A stretch of 63,295 nucleotides of DNA, filler included, from Octopus bimaculoides (Eukaryota): the NCBI RefSeq assembly GCF_001194135.2. It is 7 parts of 7 records of this genome, joined end to end, with 100 filler letters (N's around TTAATTAATTAA, not from the genome) between each part and the next. Parts side by side here need not be neighbours in the genome. Positions count along the whole stretch, not along the records: positions 39,229 to 54,256 come from NC_068987.1; positions 54,357 to 59,736 come from NC_068992.1; positions 59,837 to 63,295 come from NC_068990.1; 4 more parts are not named here. One strand, 5' to 3'. Both the position numbers and the translations under genes were made by a program. The notes under the pieces are model-generated. The model did no database searches and was not told the origin of the DNA. It saw nothing but the letters and a program-made list of their open reading frames with translations. Below, one piece after another: positions 50,819 to 63,295 of this stretch. Numbering within the stretch: position 1 is the stretch's first letter; each line of letters begins with the position of its first letter.

Positions 50819-51059
50819 GCTGTTGTTGTTATTGTGGTTGTTGTACGTTTTGGCTTTTCCATTGCATTTGTAGTAGTAGACTCCAAATCGCACCTAGATA
50901 ATATCAAGAGTTTAAGTCGTTGTTATGACTAGAGAATATCTATGAAAACATAAGAAAATTAGAAGTTTGTTTCGAAAGTAATTTGATTATAAGATGATAG
51001 TGTGATGTTAAGATGACAGTAAAAGGTGTTTATTATTATGTAAATTTAAAACTATTTTG

Positions 51060-51470
51060 ACACCGTTTACAGATTAAAATGTTTTGGACATTAAATAGAC
51101 AATATTTTTTGCAGGATATGAGCAGTTCCCAGGAACACTATTTTTAAATTTCTTCCATTTTTGGATTTCCTGATATCCGAGATAGCTAACAATCAGCCCC
51201 TTGGTTAACATTCCTAGGGCACCTATGACAATAGGTATTGTTTTAGTCTTGAGGTTCCACATTCTCCAAATTTCTATTTCAAGATCTTTATACTTACTCA
51301 ATTATTTTTATGTCTTGACAGATACATTTCTGTCGATTAATACAGTCATATCGATGAGGAGGCATGATTTTTGTTTGAAATCCTTCAATATAATGTCTGG
51401 CTTATTTACATCTATTTCTCTCAGTTTGCACAGTAAAGGTCAAAATGTGATCATTTTCAAGCACTGAAGG
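51060..51470 (-). mobile_element. 3' fragment of an RLE-type LINE
   Basis: Reads KPDI...LIDMTV...SKYKDLEIEIWRMWNLKTKTIPIVIGALGM, the same family as 39229-39595. Confidence 0.8.
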
Positions 51471-51483
51471 TGGTTTGTGTCAT

Positions 51484-51517
<34 letters not shown>

Positions 51518-54209
51518 ACTATAGTCAATTCTCTTCGGGAAGAGAGAAAAGGATATTCCATGTACAGTACTCTATAAAACCAATGCTGAAGTGTAGTTCT
51601 GTTGCGATATCTGTCTGAGGGTAAGCTAAAAATTGTTCAACTTAGAACAACCACAAAGTTCCATATCTGGAAGTATTTGGAATTCATGCACTGCTTTCGT
51701 ATTAGTCTTTCTATGCTAAAATCAACTGCTTGTGTTGATGTTTCACGTAGTGTGTAAGAATCGGTCAATGGTAATGTTGTTTGTCGTAGATATCTCTTAG
51801 CCTAACTCCTTGAATATTCCGATAAGGTTTTATAAATTCATACATAATGGGGATGTTGATATTGCTTGCAATTTTCATGTCTTTATTTCTGTAGAATCTC
51901 AAGCCAATAATCCAACGAGATCTGCTTTCGCAGCTCCTTTTTCACTTTGTGTATTTGAAATAGCGTTCATTTGTCTTTTTCGACCCAGTAGGAGTGATCT
52001 TGACATGACGGTGATTTCACTGCTTTCGTAATTACCGAAATCGATAATCTTAGTGAATTATATTCCAAAGTTCAGGGCATTCAGAATGAGGGACATCTAT
52101 ACAAAGTATTAGACATTAACCCTATGGAACTGGGTAAACATCATTACTGCTTTATTTTCAATATCAATGGACAAATTCATAGTAACGCAATAGCACTTCT
52201 GATATAAAAATCAAAATCACCGCCGAATCCCGTAAAGATAATGTCATATTTAGTGCAGTTAATCAGCTCATAATTACGGTTGGATAATAAAATAGATTCG
52301 TCATCCATAAGGGTGATGTAGAGATGCATCTTGTGACAATCCATGCAGTGATAAGTTCTTTCACTTCATTATTTACAGAATTTGTATGTTCCAATGTTGC
52401 CCTTCTGGTATATAACAGCAATACTAATAAACCAAATTCTGTTGCATAATTGGTATTTGCTTATTGTATATTTTTGCTTTTGTTTTGTTTTTTTTGTTTT
52501 TGTCTTTTTGTCTTTTTTTCTAGGAGCAAAACATGACGTGTAGGTTGTCTGAAAAGGGTAATCTAATTTTGCAAATTGCATAAAAATTAGTTTTGCTCAG
52601 ATTTGAAAATTTTGCAGTTTTAACTGTTAATCAGTCCTGCTTCAAAGTTCTCCACACTTTGCATATAAGCTAAAGAACTCGGTGATTTGAAATTTATCAA
52701 CAGTTGCTTTCATGAAAGAATCTTCACGTGCATCTGCTAAATGACGCATTCCGTCCTCTCCCTGAAGTATAATGGAAGCGATGTAGAATATTCAAGCCAT
52801 AGGAAAGGTGAATGATTTAGTTGGTTCTTCAATAATCATTTTATTCTTCAAAATAGCTATTCATTTAAATAATGATTTGCCATATATTTAATGTTTAGTT
52901 TTTTAGTGGGGTTTTTTTTTCTTTTTTTTTGCAATTACAGCCAAGCCATGCTATAGCGCATTAATTTTCTGATTTCAATTGAGTCGAACATTTTTGCTTA
53001 AATATGTGGAGTACGGCCTGCTAAAATTTGTACAAAAATACAGCCCGAATACTGTACACACACACACACACCCACACACCCACACACACACACACACACT
53101 CATTCACACACAAAGAAACGCGCACGCGCGCACATACACACACACGCAAACACACTAACACACACACATGCATATATATATGTATAAGCAAATATATATA
53201 TGTCATATATATATATATATGAACGAACATGCAGAAAACAGGAAAAACAATGTGCAAAGGATGTGGACACGTTCACCCCTCACTAGTTATCGCTCAAAAA
53301 ATCCTTACAATTTCTATGCCGTATATATATATTATATATATATATTATATATATTTTATAACTCAGCCATGCACGCTCACACATATGTATGTACGCTCGT
53401 ACATACACAAACACACACACACGCGCACATATGTGAGCATATATCGTCACAATCGCCGTTATTACTAGCTTTACTATCACTAATATCATTATCATCGGCA
53501 ATATCATAATCGTTGTCGTCGTCATTGTAGTCATGATTATCGTCGTCATTATTCGTATCGATTTCGTTGTCACAGTCATCATCAAACATTCTGCTGCCGC
53601 TTCGTCCAAATAAAGAATCCATACCTACTATAATCAGTTTCTCTATCCTAATTATTCCAGCAACGTTCCCAAATGAGTTGCCACAAAACCATCAATACGA
53701 TTTTAATTTAGCAAAGTTTGCTGGTATAAAAGATTAAACGTAGCTCATGTACACACAGCGGAATAGAATAATTTATATGGTTTCTAGCAAGAACACAAAT
53801 TAATCATAGAACTTTAACATAAAGCAAGATATTAAATACAGATATCGCCTAGTGATATTAACAGTTCTCTAACCTTGACATATCACTTTCGACAATCTTC
53901 GAAATTGTATCCAGGTTCGATTACTCATTTCCCGTGATTCATTTAATAACAGTTACAAACTGCGTGTGTGCTTATTTCTTCTTTTACCTTATATTGTTTA
54001 ATTGGTCTCTGTCATTAGATTGTGGCTATGACGGGGCACCCCGTCGAGGTGTTTTAGCCGAACGTATCGACACCCAACAATTTATTTTTCATAAGCCTCG
54101 TATTTATTCTATCGATGTTTAGGCTGAACCGTTGTCAAGCAATGATGGGGTCAAACTCATAGATAGATACATACATACATATATATATGCATGTATGTAT
54201 GTATGTATG

Positions 54210-54256
<47 letters not shown>

Positions 54257-54356
54257 NNNNNNNNNNNNNNNNNNNNNNNNNNNNNNNNNNNNNNNNNNNN
54301 TTAATTAATTAANNNNNNNNNNNNNNNNNNNNNNNNNNNNNNNNNNNNNNNNNNNN
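54257..54356. other. Artificial contig-joining spacer
   Basis: 44 N + TTAATTAATTAA (54301-54312) + 44 N. Confidence 0.95.
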
Positions 54357-54822
54357 GTGTGTATATATATATATGTGTGTATATATATATGTATGTATGT
54401 ATGTGTGTGTATGTATATACATATGTATGTATATGTATGTGTGTATATATATATATGTATATGTATGTATATGTACATATATGTATGTTTATGTATGTAT
54501 ATGTGTATATATGTATATGTGTGTATGTGTGTATATGTGTGTGTGTGATGTTTTGTATGTGTGTGTATATATGTATATATATGTATATATGTATATATAT
54601 GTATATATGCATATATGTGTTTATGTATGTATATATGTGTGTTTGTATATGTATATGTACATGTATATATATGTATATATGTATGTATGCATATATGTGT
54701 GTGTATGGTGGTTTGTATGTGTATAGATATTTTAAAATTTTTTATTTAAAAAAAAAAATTTTATGTATATATAATTTTATAATATATTTTAATATGAGGT
54801 TTTTTTAACATATTTTTATATT

Positions 54823-54854
<32 letters not shown>

Positions 54855-57703
54855 GATATATGTGTGTGTGTATGTATGTGTGTGTGTGTGTATGTTTTTA
54901 TGACTTGTGATCTTTACTACTTTGTGTATCCATATATATACATGTGAGAGTGCACGTGTGTGCGTGCATGAACGTGTGTGCGCGTATGAACGTGTGTGCG
55001 CGTGTGTGTACGGGCGCACACGCGGATGCCTGTATGTAGGTAATAGCGTTCTTTTGCTAAAACTTTAAAAATTTTGTTCGTTTTTTGTAATTGTGAAATT
55101 TTTTCGCTATGAACGGTTTGTGTTTTTAAAACCGAATGTATTTTTTCTGATGTTATATTTATTCCTGACGATGTGTAAAGAAATTTTGATTTATTAAGTC
55201 TCTTAATGAATTCTTTATACTGAAATATATATTGAAGAAGATAAATATGTTCTTTTGAATTTATACGTTTTTGCGTCGTAACTCCTTTNNNNNNNNNNNN
55301 NNNNNNNNNNNNNNNNNNNNNNNNNNNNNNNNNNNNNNNNNNNNNNNNNNNNNNNNNNNNNNNNNNNNNNNNNNNNNNNNNNNNNNNNNNNNNNNNNNNN
55401 NNNNNNNNNNNNNNNNNNNNNNNNNNNNNNNNNNNNNNNNNNNNNNNNNNNNNNNNNNNNNNNNNNNNNNNNNNNNNNNNNNNNNNNNNNNNNNNNNNNN
55501 NNNNNNNNNNNNNNNNNNNNNNNTACTTACGTATATACATACATATGCAACCAGAATTGTTTGAACATTTGGCAAAATCCTTAGTGGCATTTCGTCCATG
55601 TTTGTGTTCTGAGTTCAAATTCCGCCAAGGTCGATTTTGCTTTTTATTCCTTTCGGGGACGATAAAAAGAATACCAGTTGAAGACTGTAGTAATTTTAAC
55701 CGATCTACTCCACACTGAAATTACTGGCTTTGAGCCAAAATTTGAAATCAGAGAGTGGAGTGAAAAAGGTACTTTTTACACAAATTTTCAAAATATGTTT
55801 TTACGAATATATTTTGTATCGCGAAATTCTTTAAAAACAACTGTGTTCAAATCTGAAGTTCTTAAATTTACATCTACAAGCTCTGCAGCTCACACGAAAT
55901 TTTGAATAATGAGCGAAATATCAATTTATAACACGTTTACCGTTCCTCATTTTATTTTTTACATTCATTGTTACGAATCGATTTCTGGTTGCATAATTCT
56001 TTAGAAACGAGAGTTTTAAAATCTCAAACTCTAAAAATTATATCTCCAAGCTTCGCAACGCACTTGAAATTTCGAAATTATGTGAAATAAATAGACTTTC
56101 GATCTTGTTTTCCTTATCATTTTTGAAACTTATGTGTCACATGATGTCTAGATTACACACATATCAAAATATAAACAAATTGCTAAGATTGTAGCAGAAA
56201 GATATTTCATTTTTGGCAAAAGGCATAAACCAAAAATCTTAAACTTACTTTTGCTGATGTAGAAGAGTGAGACTGTGATCTAGCCGATTATTTCTTATCA
56301 ACCTTCCTAACCATTCCGCCAATGATCATTTTTAGATTTGTCCGTTGATCCTGTAAATAATCTTGTTCTCTGTGTGGAACTTTTTTGTCTCTACTACAAC
56401 TGCAGCTTTTAAAGGAGTTGCACTTGCAACAGAAAGTGGCAAATCTTTTGCTACATTGTTTTTAAACATATTACACTTTGTTTGAATCGATGGCACATTT
56501 TTTTTCTATTTTTCCCAGATTTTGGTAATGCTTCGTTCTTTAGATAAAAGTTTAAGATTTTCAGTTTTACTGACTCAGTCGTAACACAAGGAATGTATGC
56601 TTTTTTGCAAAGAAGAATGATCTATTCTACTACTATGTTGACAATTTGTTTAATTGAAAGATCTTTCTTAACTACATTCTTTTCTTTTTTCGTGCAAATA
56701 AAACACATTTTAGTACGTCCTTGTATGTTGGCAAAACTCGCTCGCTAATCTGACATGGAGTACCAGATATTAAGCATTCAATATCATGACGCGTTATTGG
56801 CATATGAGGCATCAGTAAATATAAAGGACATTAAATTTAACATGATCATTAATTTTAATAAAAGGACCGAAAGTCAAGGTACAAAGCAGAAAACGTCACA
56901 CACGTACAACACGACCACACTCAACGACCGTTGTAGCGGTACTGGAGAGAAGTTCACACTCCTGTTCTCTTTATAATCGATGCGGAACCACAAAATATTA
57001 GTCAATTAAGGGTATTGTATTTACTGTTCTGTATTCTTCTATGTAGAAATATATATTTGGTACGACTTACAATCTATGAAATCCAAAATTTGACCAAATA
57101 TAGCGATTTTAGAAATTTTCAATTGCGTTGCGGAGCCTGAAAAAATATTTAACCGCAAGGTTCTTTATACACCTTTCTTTTAACCCTAATTTGCAACAAA
57201 ATACAGATTCTTTGATACTAATTTCGAAAGTTGCATTTTTCTCTCCACCTTAATATACATATGCACAAAAACATACATATCGAGCTTAAAGTTATATATA
57301 ATCTATAAATGAATCTGAAAAGAAAATTTGAAGGACGACTATATCAGCGATAGAAGTTAAAAATGTAAGCAAATCTCACTGAAAATGTTACATGAAAATG
57401 ATAACAGACTAGAAACCAATGCAAACATTATTAACAAATTATTTTGATGAATAAAAACGTTACAATGAGTGTGTTGAAGACGCTTTATGAAATAACTAGC
57501 TGGCCCCGTGCCGCTAATGACGGCTAATTGTAGTATTTTATATATATATAAATAGGGTACAAAATAATCACAGATACAAACATTCACATACTTCACTTGT
57601 ATACGCATACACATACATACATATACTCACACAGATTTGAAATACTGTTTGATTTTTCTTTCCAGCGTTGAACGTTCACCATCACGCTTCCATTGCAGAC
57701 ATA

Positions 57704-57777
<74 letters not shown>

Positions 57778-57830
57778 TCCACACACACAGACACAGACAT
57801 CCACAGACACAGGCACAAAAATACACACAG

Positions 57831-57872
<42 letters not shown>

Positions 57873-58755
57873 GCGCACAAACACACACGCATTCACATGA
57901 CTCTCTTTTACATACACACATATATACTCACGCAGAGTTGAAACGCAGTTTGGTTTTTTTGACGGTAGAACTTCCATCATCCCACTACCAAGTTTGCCTT
58001 CACCCTGTCCTTCCTTATTCATCTATCACCCTTTCCTTTCTCATTCATATGTTATGACGGAGAAATACACAAGAATATTATTATAGTAGATTTTTGTAAA
58101 ATCCTTACAAAAGTTGATATCTTTAAACTTGAATTTTTTTAAAAGGTTGCTAAAACTTCTTTTTCTTGTTGTTCGATTTATATAGGTATACTGCTCGTTT
58201 GCAATTATAAATGTCTCAAGATGTACCGATTCTCATTTAGGCACTTTTCGACAACTTTAAACAATGCATTTACTAGAGTTAGTCTTATGCTGGGATGTAA
58301 AATTTTTGCTATTCAACTGTCTTGATAATAGTTGGATCAATTGCGGTATGGCAAAGTGTTGTAAATGATTGACTTATCTATTACATTTTCTGCATAGTCC
58401 AGGCATATTTCACACTTCTACAAAATTGGTAAAATCAGCGAAATTATTTTAAGATCTATTAATAAAAAAATATGCAAGCCACTTGTTTTCTCTTTATTAA
58501 TGAACCAACATCAAGCTGATAATCTACAGAAGAAACAAGATTTTTGAATTTACTCAGTTCAATGTATAGGGGTTTTATCATTGTATCACAAAACGTCAGT
58601 GCTTTGTTTGGACATTTCTATGATCCGTCACAGAGTATGTTTTACGTATATCAAGTTGTGAGATTACAGTTACAGAACAGTCGAAATTCAGATCTGTTAT
58701 TATTAGCTTTGTATTGCTATTTACATGTTTCTTCTCTCAGTCTTAAGAATTAAAG

Positions 58756-58801
58756 AAGTGAGGCGTTTTGCGTAACTATTGTTATGCAAAACGCCTCACT
58801 T
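58756..58801 (+). other. 46-nt near-perfect hairpin
   Basis: AAGTGAGGCGTTTTGCGTAAC-TATT-GTTATGCAAAACGCCTCACTT forms a 21-bp stem with one G-U pair (on the + strand) and a 4-nt loop. Confidence 0.85.
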
Positions 58802-59094
58802 GTTATCTATTTTGTTATCTATTTGAACTGGTGAAATGCGTATACATTTGGCTGTATTAGAAACAACATTGAAGCTAAATGTAAAGTTGAACCAAATAAT
58901 TGTTCGATTTTCATCCATATTTTTCCGCGTATTACCAGCGTTTATCATGTACTTCATCGCGTTCGTTAAAATCATTCTCTACTAAAGCGTTTTAGATGAT
59001 GACACAATCTCTACGGTAAGAGCTCTAACTAGATGTTAGAAATCTTATCCTATTGCTGATTATGCTTTCTAAATTATAACCGGTATTTAATTAC

Positions 59095-59330
59095 CTATGT
59101 CGCAGGGCAGCATCCTGCCGCTGTCGACTTCGGCAGGCCGGCGGCGGGACCGACGCCCTTCTCCCGACCGGACCCGTCGCTTCACGAAAGCGCAGGCACG
59201 GCTAACTGACGGAGACGGACTAACGTACTTTGCCCTCAGCAAGCACGACGCAGCGAGTCGCTCACAGCACTGTCTTTCCCTTTGATAAACATCGAGGCGT
59301 TCAAAAGAGAGACTTTTCCAGCCATGAGCA
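59095..59330 (-). promoter_or_regulatory. CpG-island-like probable first exon on the minus strand, with a short coding start
   Basis: GC/CpG-rich unique stretch in AT-rich DNA. The minus strand reads ...GGCAGG ATG CTG CCC TGC GAC ATA G|GTAATT (ATG at 59113-59111, donor at 59095/59094), giving MLPCDI in phase 1. Confidence 0.5.
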
Positions 59331-59736
59331 ACTGTTAGTCTTACTCAAACTTTCTTGACCAAGTCTGCGCCTACACGTGCATATACAAAGCCCAAAATCA
59401 CTAACGAGTACCCTTGAATGAATTAATGATAATATAAACATACACACAACACACACGGGGTAGCAATCCATCTCAAGCAAGTGTTGTAGCTTATCTCTTG
59501 CTTTTGCTTATTGTTTTCGGCCCGCTCACTTTTCATCCTAACGTTGTGGCTGTGAAAGCTATACTAGCACTACACGGTAGTAAAATACAACTGGCACAAC
59601 GCGAAATGAGTGACATGCTGATGGTCATAACGCGCCACACGCACTAAGAATCGAACACTAACCGCTATGCCATGCGCCTTGTGGTGCACATTAACTTAAC
59701 TCGCAAGATATTTTATACATGCTTATTGCATATATA

Positions 59737-59836
59737 NNNNNNNNNNNNNNNNNNNNNNNNNNNNNNNNNNNNNNNNNNNNTTAATTAATTAANNNNNNNN
59801 NNNNNNNNNNNNNNNNNNNNNNNNNNNNNNNNNNNN
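59737..59836. other. Artificial contig-joining spacer
   Basis: 44 N + TTAATTAATTAA (59781-59792) + 44 N. Confidence 0.95.
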
Positions 59837-59887
<51 letters not shown>

Positions 59888-59944
59888 AACAAACAAACAA
59901 ACAAACATATGTATATATATATAAATAAATATATATTTTTTTAA

Positions 59945-60340
59945 TTCTTTTACTTGCTTCAGTCATTTGACTACAGTCATTCTTATTGGAACGCCACCTT
60001 CAGGGCTTTTAGACGAGCAAATCGACTCCGGGCTTATTCTTTGTAAGCCTAGTACTTATCTATCGCACTCTTTTGTCAAACCACTAAATTACGGGGACCT
60101 AAACAGACCAACATCGGTTGTCAATCGATGGTTAGGGAGGGACAAACACAGACCCAAATACACAAATATATATAAATATGTACATATACGACGGGCTTCT
60201 TTCAGTTTCCGTCTATGAAATCCACTCACAAGGCTTTCGTCGACCCGAGGCTGTAGTAGAAGACATTTGCCTAAGGTGGCACGGCATGGGACCGAACTCA
60301 GAACTATGTGATTGGGAAGCAAGCTTCTTACCACACAACT
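59945..60340 (-). mobile_element. CORE-like SINE, antisense, near full length
   Basis: Reverse complement of the 10545-10878 family, with head and tail both present. Confidence 0.8.
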
Positions 60341-61668
60341 ACGGATGCGCCTATATGTATATATATGTATGCATAAATGGATATATTTGCGCGTGCGAGC
60401 GTGTGATATGTCATCGTAACATACACGTAGAGGCGTGTGTGCTCCGGATTACAAATATGAAATTCAAACAAAACTATTTGTCACTAAATACCTATTTTTT
60501 TTTAAAGCTGCAATTATGGATCTGAGCTTTTAATTGACAAATTAACCATCTCCCCCGCATCAATCCTCTCTACCTTACACCACCTAAAAACCTCTTGTAA
60601 GCCTCTCACAAAGCATTACTCAGATCCACTTATCTCTCCTTCACCACCACCAACACCACCACCACCACCACCGATGCCACCGCCGCCACCGCCGCCGCCG
60701 CCGCCACCGTAACCACTACCGCCACCACCACCACTAACNNNNNNNNNNNNNNNNNNNNNNNNNNNNNNNNNNNNNNNNNNNNNNNNNNNNNNNNNNNNNN
60801 NNNNNNNNNNNNNNNNNNNNNNNNNNNNNNNNNNNNNNNNNNNNNNNNNNNNNNNNNNNNNNNNNNNNNNNNNNNNNNNNNNNNNNNNNNNNNNNNNNNN
60901 NNNNNNNNNNNNNNNNNNNNNNNNNNNNNNNNNNNNNNNNNNNNNNNNNNNNNNNNNNNNNNNNNNNNNNNNNNNNNNNNNNNNNNNNNNNNNNNNNNNN
61001 NNNNNNNNNNNNNNNNNNNNNNNNNNNNNNNNNNNNNNNNNNNNNNNNNNNNNNNNNNNNNNNNNNNNNNNNNNNNNNNNNNNNNNNNNNNNNNNNNNNN
61101 NNNNNNNNNNNNNNNNNNNNNNNNNNNNNNNNNNNNNNNNNNNNNNNNNNNNNNNNNNNNNNNNNNNNNNNNNNNNNNNNNNNNNNNNNNNNNNNNNNNN
61201 NNNNNNNNNNNNNNNNNNNNNNNNNNNNNNNNNNNNNNNNNNNNNNNNNNNNNNNNNNNNNNNNNNNNNNNNNNNNNNNNNNNNNNNNNNNNNNNNNNNN
61301 NNNNNNNNNNNNNNNNNNNNNNNNNNNNNNNNNNNNNNNNNNNNNNNNNNNNNNNNNNNNNNNNNNNNNNNNNNNNNNNNNNNNNNNNNNNNNNNNNNNN
61401 NNNNNNNNNNNNNNNNNNNNNNNNNNNNNNNNNNNNNNNNNNNNNNNNNNNNNNNNNNNNNNNNNNNNNNNNNNNNNNNNNNNNNNNNNNNNNNNNNNNN
61501 NNNNNNNNNNNNNNNNNNNNNNNNNNNNNNNNNNNNNNNNNNNNNNNNNNNNNNNNNNNNNNNNNNNNNNNNNNNNNNNNNNNNNNNNNNNNNNNNNNNN
61601 NNNNNNNNNNNNNNNNNNNNNNNNNNNNNNNNNNNNNNNNNNNNNNNNNNNNNNNNNNNNNNNNNNNN

Positions 61669-61700
<32 letters not shown>

Positions 61701-63295
61701 TGTTTATGTATGTATATCTATGTATGAACATGCATATACGCACGCATTTCCCTCCTCCCACCACTCCCTTCATTTCTGTATTTCTAGTCGCATAACCTTT
61801 TACTATCACCAGTTACCTTCCCATTAAATCCCTTTTCTCCCTCTTTCCCTTTTCATATATCTCTTCTCCTTCCCTCTCGGCATTTCCTAATTGTCTTATC
61901 CAACTCCTTTCTCTTCCTCCCCCCCCCATCTCACACGTCATTCCTTTCCTTTTCAGCCCCTGCATTACCTCACCATAACTCCCACATTTATTCGGTCAAG
62001 TAGGGATTCCCTCACAACACCCTAATTATCAAACATGATACACAACCTTAACAGCGCAAACATATTCATTTGTCATTTGTTTGTGGTGGTTGGCACCGTG
62101 GAACATCACCGCTTTTATTTTAGTTTCTAAGATCTTGATGTAGTTACTATTATTTTTGCTGTGGCCGCTTCTGTGCTTGTTGTTATTGCTGTAATTTTTG
62201 TTACTTTCGTTGTTGTTACTACTTTTACACTTTTTGTTGTTTTTACAGCTTTTGTCTATGTTGTTTCTTGTGCTGATACTACTGGTGTTGTTTCGTTGTG
62301 TAACTCTGATGCTGTTTGCGTTGTTGTTGTTCAGCTACTGATAGTAAAATCATCATACAACCTACGATCAAAGAGGTTCTAACTACACCTATCCCATATA
62401 AATCCAGGGCTATATTGTCCAACGTTCTCTTCCAGTTTTAAGGTGCATTGGCAGGGCGTGATTGGAGCAAGGCTTAGCATTTAGGTTTATCAGGTCGAGC
62501 GAACACACATAAATCTTTTGTTAGTTCAAAGATACATCTAACGTTGTTTAGCCTGAGGGCAAATCGATCCAGTAAATATAGGTCTAAAGATTTTCCAGCC
62601 ATGAATAGCTTGTCTTTCTTTGAGATACATAGTCAATCTATCATTATTTCCCTTTCTTAGACAACAGATTCTGATTTGAAAGAAACTTTGCTGTTATTTC
62701 TAGCAGGTCGAGCAACCATATTGCCCTCCCGTTGGTTCGTAAACCTTGATGCATACTTCCGTTATATTCTTACCATTGCACCGGCTCTTTGTCCAGAACA
62801 TAGCCACTGCGGTTGTTCACTTCAGTTTCTTAGCTCACCTTCAACAATTACGTCATTAACTATTTGAAAGAAGTCAGGAACGTTACAAACAATTTTAAAT
62901 CACGAAGCTGTAATACTCTTTGATCTTCTTTATCTCCCTTCCTTGTTCTCCGGTTGCCTTTGCAGGATTTCATTATCTTGTAAATAGTTGTTCGACGTTT
63001 TCACTTTGAAGATAACTGGTTATATGAGGACGTTACTTGTAAGGTGTCCTGTAAAGTTCGACAGCTGACGTGCTTCTGTAGACTAAACCACGAACCTACC
63101 ATTTTCCTAATCTTATTCCTGACCTTAGAACAACACCATTAATGGTTAAGATCTTTGCTAACATTTGGCTTTGTCTGGCCATCGATAACATGACTGATCT
63201 ATAGAAGGACGTGAACGCTGCAACTTCCCGTTATAAATGTCCGGTGCACATCTCAAAACACTAAACAGATATATATATATATATATATATATATA

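Noticed and set aside
58756-58801. Rho-independent terminator
   Set aside because: The context is eukaryotic, the stem is too long, and there is no U-tract or upstream operon.
60616-60737. Gly-rich protein C-terminus
   Set aside because: It is a (CCA/CCG)n trinucleotide tract next to a gap, with no other coding evidence.

Overview
This is AT-rich, microsatellite-dense animal genomic DNA. The SINE/LINE repertoire and composition fit an octopod cephalopod best (inference, not a database result). The window is not one locus. Six identical 100-bp spacers (44 N + TTAATTAATTAA + 44 N) split it into seven independent pieces: 1-4470, 4571-23156, 23257-26571, 26672-39128, 39229-54256, 54357-59736 and 59837-63295. 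Host-gene content is sparse. There is one clear CNOT6/CCR4 deadenylase exon (3605-3762). There is a probable cell-cycle gene start, with a CDE/CHR-like element at 6523-6538 and a D-box-containing coding exon at 6840-6995. There are three CpG-rich promoter/first-exon regions (about 8.6, 27.5 and 59.2 kb) and one well-bounded but unidentified coding exon (16913-17164). The rest is mobile DNA: at least four SINE families, a Tc1/mariner MITE, DD37D (maT) transposase relics, a Merlin/IS1595 element with both ends and a target-site duplication, Helitron helicase fragments with tandem termini, RLE-type (R4/Dong-like), CR1-like and Penelope-like retroelement fragments, and a 618-bp foldback. I found no CRISPR array, rRNA, true tRNA or prokaryote-type system. 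I cannot claim a new biological system from sequence alone. The best leads are the compact cell-cycle/promoter cluster at 6.5-8.9 kb with its G-U-containing RNA hairpin, the 27.5 kb promoter, and the long foldback.
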